Below, piece after piece: positions 1 through 5,161 of a stretch of DNA of 6,080 bases. A program made the translations under genes and the position numbers. The notes beneath the pieces were generated by a model. It made no database searches, was not told the DNA's origin, and worked only from the letters and a program-made list of their open reading frames with translations. The DNA lies in IMG/VR virus record IMGVR_UViG_3300020026_000003, positions 1-6,080 of that record. One strand, given 5' to 3'. The DNA comes from a virus. Position 1 is the stretch's first letter; every line of letters starts with the position of its first letter.

Positions 1-121
1 GCCTACCATCGATACAGCAGAATTAGAGCCAGTGGGAATAAGACGACTGAAACGATCGGGATTCGAAGGGCATACAGCCATAGGATGTGCAGTAACAAAA
101 TAGGAAACAGAAGAATTGGCC
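1..121. repeat. Terminal direct repeat, copy 1. It is identical to 5960..6080 and marks circular-contig overlap.
   Basis: Base-by-base comparison shows 1..121 equals 5960..6080. The repeat runs exactly to both window edges. Confidence 0.97.
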
Positions 122-1002
122 GTAGTAGAAGTGGTAGGCAAAGTCTGGGCAAGAACACCGGTTGAACCCCAAAGCGAGGAAGACACGTAGGTTGTAGAAA
201 TGGGGAAACCATCACCGGAAGCAGCGGCATTACTCAGGTCAGAACGAATTATCTGCGTGAACAAATTGCTACGATTAAAAGTATTATTCGTAGAAGTTGC
301 AGCCGACGGATAAAACTGACTCTCAAAGTAAGCATCAAGGAACTCAAGATTCCCAAAACACTGCGTAAAAAAGCGAGAATCTCCAGAATTATCGGGATCG
401 AGAGAATAACCAGCACCGGAATAACGAAGCTTGTTAGCCATGGGCCAAGCGAAAGAGTAAAGCCCCCACTGCGAATAACCATAGTAGTTACGGACGATAT
501 CCCAATAGGCTAAATACGAATCCGCATTACTCCAGCGATCCATAGAAAGATTAGCAGGAAGAGACACAGAGGAAGGAATAGAGGATACGCCAGTAGTATA
601 CTTATTAGCGATACGCAACCAAGACATCAACGAATTAGTATAAGCCGCACCGAAAAAATCAGCATTTAGACCACCCGCTTGAGCCTGACAAGAGACGATC
701 CAATTAAGACTTAAACTGTTCATATCGAACTTACTACTATTCGTCCTCAACTCGGGGTGATATAACTGGAGCGGCACCCAAAAACGATGCAAACGAATAG
801 TGTAGGGATTGAATGTCGGAACAGCGAGAGGATTACTACGAACGTCGATGCCCTGCTCAATAGACACACGATCACGAGCGTTAATAAAATCAATCCGCAC
901 CGGATATAAAATACCCGGTGTGCATGTAAAAGCCTTACTCTCGGGAACATCATAGCGAGAATAGCCATTTACGGCATGTGAAATGAAAGGTTGTCTTCCC
1001 AT
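1..1002 (-). CDS. VP1: Major capsid protein (Microviridae VP1/F family), N-terminal 334 codons. The ORF continues across the circular junction into 5959..5162, for a total of 599 aa.
   Basis: The ATG is at 1002..1000, preceded by an in-frame TAA at 1008..1006. I checked every codon of this frame from 1002 down to 1 and found no stop. The ORF track omits it because no stop lies inside this end of the window. The translation begins MGRQPFISHAVNGYSRYDVPESKAFTCTPGILYPVRIDFINARDRVSIEQGIDVRSNPLAVPTFNPYTIRLHRFWVPLQLY, which carries the N-terminal signature typical of microvirus capsid proteins. Confidence 0.9.
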   Translation of the reverse strand, partial: MGRQPFISHAVNGYSRYDVPESKAFTCTPGILYPVRIDFINARDRVSIEQGIDVRSNPLAVPTFNPYTIRLHRFWVPLQLYHPELRTNSSKFDMNSLSLNWIVSCQAQAGGLNADFFGAAYTNSLMSWLRIANKYTTGVSSIPSSVSLPANLSMDRWSNADSYLAYWDIVRNYYGYSQWGLYSFAWPMANKLRYSGAGYSLDPDNSGDSRFFTQCFGNLEFLDAYFESQFYPSAATSTNNTFNRSNLFTQIIRSDLSNAAASGDGFPISTTYVSSSLWGSTGVLAQTLPTTSTTANSSVSYFVTAHPMAVCPSNPDRFSRLIPTGSNSAVSMVG

Positions 1003-1005
1003 AAA

Positions 1006-2076
1006 TTAAATAATTAGTTGAAGTTTATAATGATCTCTCCAAAATCGGAGAATATCTAAATCTAGCCAAGTAGGAGGATCGAAATCAGGCATATTGCGAG
1101 AAGAAGCGGAAAAACGCATCATTTGCTTTTGCTCCCACGTATACGTCTCTCTACGGGATACGGCGGAATTGAGATTGAACCGCTCAACACACAGAGAAAC
1201 AATACGCTTAACCAAAGGAGACTTGCTAAAACGTGCATAAGAATCAGCAGCGGTAATCGAGCGAACAACGTCGTCTTCTGATTTGAGATATTTAAGATAG
1301 TATCGAGGTATCGAGTAATTAAAATTGATACCAGTCTTAGGATCAAGATAAGACCACGACGAAAAACGAGCAGAAGGGCGAGGCATATAACCAAGAAAAT
1401 CACCAACGCCAGCAGATACGAATTTTCGCGTATAACGGCGATGTTGGAGGAGGCAAGATAAAGGTGTAAGATTTCCATCTACGGTAACGTATTTATCCGA
1501 AATTTCTTCGGGGTTAAATTGAATTTGTTTAGTAACATACTTCACGCAATAGCGAGCGCGCTTATGGGTAGCCTTTGCCAACCACACAAAGCCAAGGTCT
1601 CGAACAGCAGAACGAATGGTGTTATAAAGAACATTTGTGCCAAACAGAAAGCCGTGAAAATGCAATCGAGGCTCAACTCCCGTCTCAGGATGAGTGCCGA
1701 ACTCTTGAAAAAAGGCATGTTTGAACGAATGGCCGAGTTTGTGCCGCAAACGCTCATTGAAACGGCGGATGAATCGAGAAGGATCAAGCAGTGCTTCGTT
1801 GTAATACTTCGGAGCAATTGTTATAGTAATGAAAATAGCCTGCTGGTTATTAGCCTTGCAATAAGCAAGCTCACGCTCTAGGCGGACAAACCAGTCATTA
1901 CGCTGACGACGCAAGCAGTCTTCACACTTTCCACAAGGAACCATCAACCACTGGCGAGCGATATCCCAAGGTCGAAGAGCTAAGGCCGACTTAGCAACAT
2001 CGGAGCCATTACGACAGGGGTTCTTCTTGTCGAAATAACGCCGGTTGCGTATCCATATAGGAGAAGAGCAGGCCAT
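1006..2076 (-). CDS. VP4: Rolling-circle replication initiation protein (HUH endonuclease, Microviridae VP4/gpA family), 356 aa.
   Basis: The translation carries four motifs. A Cys-rich N-terminal motif VPCGKCEDCLRRQRNDW is present. RCR motif 1 is FITITIAP. The HUH motif is PRLHFHGFLF, with His codons at 1660..1662 and 1654..1656. The catalytic Tyr motif is YCVKYVTK, with Tyr codons at 1549..1551 and 1537..1539. The start overlaps the upstream ORF stop as TAATG. Confidence 0.93.
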   Translation of the reverse strand: MACSSPIWIRNRRYFDKKNPCRNGSDVAKSALALRPWDIARQWLMVPCGKCEDCLRRQRNDWFVRLERELAYCKANNQQAIFITITIAPKYYNEALLDPSRFIRRFNERLRHKLGHSFKHAFFQEFGTHPETGVEPRLHFHGFLFGTNVLYNTIRSAVRDLGFVWLAKATHKRARYCVKYVTKQIQFNPEEISDKYVTVDGNLTPLSCLLQHRRYTRKFVSAGVGDFLGYMPRPSARFSSWSYLDPKTGINFNYSIPRYYLKYLKSEDDVVRSITAADSYARFSKSPLVKRIVSLCVERFNLNSAVSRRETYTWEQKQMMRFSASSRNMPDFDPPTWLDLDILRFWRDHYKLQLII

Positions 2077-2276
2077 TACAGAAAGCTTCTAAGACAATCA
2101 AATTTAACACCAGGATGATCGAGACGACAGCGAATGAGGTAATCGTTAGCCGGAATTTCATCAGAAAACCAGGCGATGACAACACGCTTTTTGCCGCGAT
2201 ATGCTCCAATAGAAAAACGGTAAGGAGTACTATCGATTACAGGGGAAGAACGAGGGCGAAAGTCAAATCTATCCAT
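2076..2276 (-). CDS. Hypothetical 66-aa protein, translationally coupled to Rep. The track lists it as 68 aa from a TTG at 2282; the ATG at 2276 is preferred.
   Basis: The ATG is at 2276..2274. The stop TAA at 2078..2076 shares one base with the Rep ATG at 2076..2074. The composition is not the Leu-rich off-frame type. I recognise no family. Confidence 0.55.
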   Translation of the reverse strand: MDRFDFRPRSSPVIDSTPYRFSIGAYRGKKRVVIAWFSDEIPANDYLIRCRLDHPGVKFDCLRSFL

Positions 2277-2431
2277 AATCAAAAATTATACTTTGCGCTT
2301 CGAAAGACGGTACTTTCGAGCGCGAGAACTACTGCGTTTCGCCGGCCGACAGCCTTAACGGCTGGGACGCTGCGCGTCTTCGGCCTCCATGGCTCCACTT
2401 CGTTTGGGATATACCGGCAAAGCCGGTGAGT
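2277..2431 (-). other. Structured, GC-rich non-coding region holding three discrete stem-loop elements downstream of the terminator.
   Basis: Pairings were traced by hand. The first element is hairpin 2413..2427 (ACCGGC/GCCGGT, 6 bp, 3-nt loop). The second is a three-way junction at 2344..2385. Its outer stem pairs 2344-2349 with 2380-2385 and encloses hairpins 2350-2364 (5 bp, 5-nt loop) and 2366-2378 (5 bp, 3-nt loop). The third is hairpin 2295..2323 (11 bp with one bulge, 6-nt loop). Confidence 0.6.
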
Positions 2432-2468
2432 ACAAAAGCCCACAGGAGAAGTGGATATCTCCTGGGGC
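2432..2468 (-). terminator. Rho-independent terminator candidate after the 107-aa ORF.
   Basis: The minus-strand RNA reads GCCCCAGGAGA-UAUCCACU-UCUCCUGUGGGC followed by UUUUGU. The stem is 11 bp and GC-rich with one bulge, and the loop is 8 nt. It lies 45 nt after the stop at 2514. Confidence 0.65.
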
Positions 2469-2513
2469 CTAGTGAGTTAAAGAACTCTTCCACCGAGCGG
2501 GCGGGTCACTACT

Positions 2514-2837
2514 TTAGTGCCCTTTCCCTTCTTCTTCCGACGTGCTTTCATCATCAGGCAAATCAAGATCAAACGTAAGAACGAGAGTGTTATCGAAAAA
2601 CTCAATCGCAAAATTCGGATACGAAATCAGAGCCGCGATCAGGTCAGAAATAGAATGATGCTCGATGTAGGGCGAATCAGAAACGCTGGAAACCTCTACA
2701 TACTTTGAAAGGGGAGCATCCTTAAGAGTGTCAAGAGGAAGTGTCGTAAACTGACCATCTTCAAGACGGCCTACCTGAACAAGGTCAACCTTAATGGCAG
2801 GGTTAACACGACGAATAACAAGATGAATCTGCGTCAT
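2514..2837 (-). CDS. Hypothetical 107-aa protein with an acidic C-terminal tail (DLDLPDDESTSEEEGKGH). It is a possible scaffolding-type protein.
   Basis: The ATG at 2837..2835 lies 7 nt after the stop of the upstream ORF at 2845. The 147-aa track version (start 2957) would overlap that ORF by 113 nt and adds a hydrophobic, off-frame-looking extension. The position between VP2 and Rep is where gokushovirus-type genomes carry VP3. Confidence 0.55.
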   Translation of the reverse strand: MTQIHLVIRRVNPAIKVDLVQVGRLEDGQFTTLPLDTLKDAPLSKYVEVSSVSDSPYIEHHSISDLIAALISYPNFAIEFFDNTLVLTFDLDLPDDESTSEEEGKGH

Positions 2838-2844
2838 AACAACA

Positions 2845-3165
2845 TTATTTAAAATTATTTTGAAAGTCAGTACAAAAACGACGCCAAGCGAAGGACACAT
2901 CAAACCAAAAGGCAACGCCCTCGGGTGTGTGAACGAATATGAAACTAATAGAAACAAGATCGCCTACACTTGCATAAGACGAATGCAATACACCGTGAAT
3001 TCGATCACGAAGCACAGCCCGAAATGCGTTCTTACTTTCCTCATCAAACCCGCAGTTTGATCTAAAAGCAGAAAATACACCTCGACGGCGAAGCCACTCG
3101 ACGAACAGGTAATCTACAGCGGCAGTTGACAAATCCGAAATCGTTGAAGCGCTAGTCTTTTTCAT
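2845..3165 (-). CDS. Hypothetical 106-aa protein with an aromatic C-terminal motif HTPEGVAFWFDVSFAWRRF.
   Basis: The ATG is at 3165..3163 and the stop TAA at 2847..2845. It follows the only AT-rich intergenic spacer. The amino-acid composition is normal. I cannot assign a family with confidence. Confidence 0.55.
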   Translation of the reverse strand: MKKTSASTISDLSTAAVDYLFVEWLRRRGVFSAFRSNCGFDEESKNAFRAVLRDRIHGVLHSSYASVGDLVSISFIFVHTPEGVAFWFDVSFAWRRFCTDFQNNFK

Positions 3166-3245
3166 AATGATAAGGTTATTGGTTTACAGGACAAAAATAG
3201 GCAAAAACAACCAAACCGTAAAATTCAAAAAGTCGAAAAAGATGT
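3166..3245 (-). promoter_or_regulatory. An 80-nt T-tract-rich intergenic spacer with an exact Bacteroides-type -7 box match (TAnnTTTG) at 3199..3192.
   Basis: The minus strand reads ...GGTTTGGTTGTTTTTGCCTATTTTTGTCC..., and TATTTTTG lies 26 nt upstream of the ATG at 3165. Upstream TTTG motifs exist but sit at non-consensus spacing (12 or 26 nt). The same 8-mer pattern also occurs inside coding sequence at 2099..2106 and 2570..2577, so a chance match is plausible. Confidence 0.25.
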
Positions 3246-4526
3246 TCAATTTCTCTCATGATAGTTACGACGAGTGTAGGTACTACCAGTCGGGGTTCCC
3301 GATGGGCCGTAAATCTCCCTCACTTCCTCATAGCCTTCGGGGCCAGCAGGGCCTGCGGCCTTACGACCAACGTAGGAAGCACCGGCGATGCCTGCGGCAG
3401 TAGCAAAAGCCTTTGTAACATCATAAAACAGAGCGTTCTTGTTCTTGCGGATAGCAAACCAGTTACCGGACAGGCTCTGGCGACCTTCACTAAGCTCAAG
3501 GCCACGAAGATGAGAGTAATATTCGCGACCTGTAATCTCCTCGAATTCTCCAGTGGGTTCACCCTTCTCGTTGACCAGAGGAACCTTTACTGGGGTTTCC
3601 CAAGTGACTTCAAACATGCGTTGCATATCCTTCTGCTGAATGTCAAGAATATCAGCATGAGAACGGGATTCACGTGCGGAAGCTTTAGCAGCATCGGCGA
3701 CAGCGCAAAGATAGGCAAGGTTGGCAGCAGCAGACTGTTCGAGAAGAGGAATCTCAGCATCGTTTTCAGCACGAATACGCTTAGTGCGCTCAACCTGTTC
3801 AGCATAAGCAGCCTGAATGCGCTGGAAATCATACGTGGCAGCGAGGTCTGCATACTTGTTGTAGGCCTCCTGATTGATAGCCAACTCGCCATAATAACGA
3901 GCGAGCGAAGACTGACTGCCAATGTTAGCGCGCTTTAGTTGCTGCTCAAGTTCGATAAGGGCCTGGCCTTGTTCCCTGGTGGGCATCTTGTTACGAATGT
4001 CATCAGCTTGGGCATTATCGAGATTAGCGGCAGCCTTATTGCGTTCGATAGTCGAATTAACACCCATGGCCTCGAGAGCGACACCTGCAACGGAAGAACC
4101 AGCACCAGGAGGCAGAGGACTGGAGAAGTCAAAAGAGCCGCCTGAAGGGCCGGAAGCACCAACGGAGCCAGCAGAACCTCCGGACATAGTAGCATTGACG
4201 CCAACGCCTGAAGAACCTAAGACGGCAGCAGGGCTAATGCCGGCCTTCAAGTAACGATCAAAAACCTTCGTGGGATCATTGTAAGCATTCTCATAATCAA
4301 ACTGTTTCTGCCAGTTAGCATAGTTGATTTCACCTTGTTTTTGCATCTGCTCCAAAGCGTACTGCTGTTGAAGCTTCATTTGCTTCTGCTGATATTTCCA
4401 TTGTCTCTTGAGCGAGGGCTTGAATAGACCAGAGGCGACCTGACCGCCGGCCGAAACACCAGCGGCACCAAGTATAGCACCGGTGGAAACAGGCTCGACA
4501 TAACTCTTAAAATCAATAAGTCTCAT
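3246..4526 (-). CDS. VP2: DNA pilot / minor capsid protein (Microviridae VP2/H family), 426 aa.
   Basis: The N-terminus has a Gly/Ala-rich hydrophobic segment (STGAILGAAGVSAGGQVASGLF). The conserved pilot-protein motif is present as YENAYNDPTKVFDRYLKAGISPAAVLG. A Gly/Ser-rich linker follows, and then a long heptad-like Ala/Gln/Glu-rich helical region. Its position downstream of the capsid module fits this assignment. Confidence 0.85.
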   Translation of the reverse strand: MRLIDFKSYVEPVSTGAILGAAGVSAGGQVASGLFKPSLKRQWKYQQKQMKLQQQYALEQMQKQGEINYANWQKQFDYENAYNDPTKVFDRYLKAGISPAAVLGSSGVGVNATMSGGSAGSVGASGPSGGSFDFSSPLPPGAGSSVAGVALEAMGVNSTIERNKAAANLDNAQADDIRNKMPTREQGQALIELEQQLKRANIGSQSSLARYYGELAINQEAYNKYADLAATYDFQRIQAAYAEQVERTKRIRAENDAEIPLLEQSAAANLAYLCAVADAAKASARESRSHADILDIQQKDMQRMFEVTWETPVKVPLVNEKGEPTGEFEEITGREYYSHLRGLELSEGRQSLSGNWFAIRKNKNALFYDVTKAFATAAGIAGASYVGRKAAGPAGPEGYEEVREIYGPSGTPTGSTYTRRNYHERN

Positions 4527-4527
4527 A

Positions 4528-4719
4528 TTACGGAAGCGAAAAGTTGTTCGAACGAATGATATAATCTACACGGACAGTGTCGATGTGAACACCATTGCGG
4601 TAAACTTTAGCCTGTGCGGAACACGAGGACAAGAAAAAGGCAGCCAAAGCAGCAACAATGGACGAGACGAGCGTCCAAAAGGCTTTAGATTTGTAAAAGG
4701 GTTGTTTAGTATCAGACAT
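4528..4719 (-). CDS. Small predicted lipoprotein or membrane protein, 63 aa. An alternative upstream ATG at 4830 would give 100 aa.
   Basis: The sequence is MSDTKQPFYKSKAFWTLVSSIVAALAAFFLSSC|SAQAKVYRNGVHIDTVRVDYIIRSNNFSLP. It has a Lys-rich n-region, an 18-residue hydrophobic core, and the lipobox L-S-S-C, with the Cys codon at 4623..4621. The stop at 4530..4528 lies 1 nt from the VP2 ATG. Confidence 0.6.
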   Translation of the reverse strand: MSDTKQPFYKSKAFWTLVSSIVAALAAFFLSSCSAQAKVYRNGVHIDTVRVDYIIRSNNFSLP

Positions 4720-4744
4720 GATAGTAGAATTTAAAGAACGATAG

Positions 4745-4822
4745 AAAAATGCGCGGCCTCTCCTGCAGTCGTTACCAATAACCTTCAGCGATTCACGAAC
4801 TCTCGCAGAAGGGGTCCGCGCA
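4745..4822 (-). terminator. Long imperfect hairpin followed by a T-tract. It is a candidate leaky intrinsic terminator after the capsid module.
   Basis: Positions 4750-4766 pair with 4805-4822, giving about 15 Watson-Crick pairs plus one bulge, one mismatch and one wobble. The loop is 38 nt and contains the small hairpin GTTA-TTGG-TAAC. On the minus strand the stem is followed by ATTTTTCT. If the 4830 start is used, this structure lies inside coding sequence. Confidence 0.4.
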
Positions 4823-4852
4823 CGTAGCATATATCGTCAAGTAAAGAATGTA

Positions 4853-5149
4853 CTATTTTTCTTCAGGGTTAGAGGGTGTCGAAATAGGTTTTGACTTATC
4901 GAGTTGTGAATCAATAAGTTCCTGACCAACTTCAAGACCGTCGAACTTATCCATACGAGAGAAGGAATTAGGGTCGAAATCGATATCAGGGTTGAATTTC
5001 TCCCCCTTCTCGAAATCAGAAGGTTCAACTGTCACATCTGGACGACCGGGAAGGACGTCTACAGTGCCAGAACCATCAAGAACAGAGAGAATACGCTGAC
5101 CACGAGAAACGTAGGCCGGAGCGTCTTCAAGTAACCAATCAAGTGCCAT
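4853..5149 (-). CDS. Hypothetical, strongly acidic 98-aa protein immediately downstream of the capsid gene.
   Basis: The ATG at 5149..5147 lies 12 nt after the capsid stop. Asp/Glu clearly outnumber Lys/Arg by my hand count. The composition is unlike the Leu-rich off-frame ORFs. I recognise no family. Confidence 0.6.
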   Translation of the reverse strand: MALDWLLEDAPAYVSRGQRILSVLDGSGTVDVLPGRPDVTVEPSDFEKGEKFNPDIDFDPNSFSRMDKFDGLEVGQELIDSQLDKSKPISTPSNPEEK

Positions 5150-5161
5150 AGAATTAATAAA

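Noticed and set aside
1-121. The 121-nt terminal repeat as a biological direct terminal repeat or LTR-like element.
   Set aside because: It lies inside the capsid coding sequence and runs exactly to the window edges. The ORF is continuous only in a circle. This is the signature of a circular contig written with overlap.
1003-1020. CAACTAATTATTTAATTT at the Rep/capsid junction, compared with the phiX174 gpA origin core CAACTTGATATTAATAAC.
   Set aside because: Only about 10 of 18 positions match, mostly because both are A/T-rich, and the TG/AT cleavage dinucleotides are not conserved. Rep is also far too divergent from gpA to expect a shared origin sequence. A Rep nicking assay would be needed to locate the real origin.
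1119-1478. A hydrophobic, Leu/Ile-rich 119-aa same-strand ORF embedded in Rep, considered as a phiX174 E-like overprinted lysis gene. Similar embedded ORFs occur at 3..230, 249..482, 747..968, 1542..1817, 3320..3562, 3587..3922, 3935..4204, 4837..5028 and 5233..5550.
   Set aside because: Every one of these lies in the same relative frame of its host gene: the low-end coordinate is the coding frame minus 1. All share the same Leu/Ile/Phe-rich composition. This is a systematic by-product of codon usage, not gene-specific signal. None has independent support.
2285-2290. A perfect TATAAT on the coding strand, 8 nt upstream of the 66-aa ORF ATG, considered as a sigma70-type -10 box.
   Set aside because: No acceptable -35 element sits at 16-18 nt; the hexamer there is GTACCG. 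It would imply an almost leaderless transcript. A single hexamer in an A/T-rich patch is weak evidence.
2336-2385. A three-way junction followed by CGAAAC on the coding strand, considered as a hammerhead-type self-cleaving ribozyme.
   Set aside because: The obligatory CUGAnGA core is absent from either strand of 2277..2513, and the junction strands are too short to carry the conserved core. I could match no other ribozyme class by eye.
2514-2957. The 147-aa version of the ORF ending at 2514.
   Set aside because: It would overlap the 106-aa ORF by 113 nt, and its extra 40 residues are hydrophobic, off-frame-like sequence. The internal ATG at 2837 sits 7 nt after the upstream stop, matching the packing seen elsewhere in the genome.
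3258-3938. A long (226-aa) plus-strand ORF antisense to VP2. Other plus-strand ORFs occur at 1519..1881, 2115..2429, 2517..2708, 2860..3060, 3167..3403, 3922..4254, 3939..4145 and 5279..5494.
   Set aside because: All are antisense to well-supported genes in a phage family that transcribes only one strand. Their compositions are low-complexity (Ser/Arg/Leu-rich). Some use TTG starts, and no start context supports them. ORF 2115..2429 simply reads through the GC-rich structured region.
4720-4852. A search for XerC/D dif-like sites or an integrase that would indicate a temperate, prophage-forming microvirus. GTGCGCGG near 4815..4824 loosely resembles the start of a XerC arm.
   Set aside because: No 11-6-11 dif-like palindromic architecture appears here or in the other spacers, and no recombinase gene is present. 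The GC-rich match is fully explained as one arm of the long hairpin.
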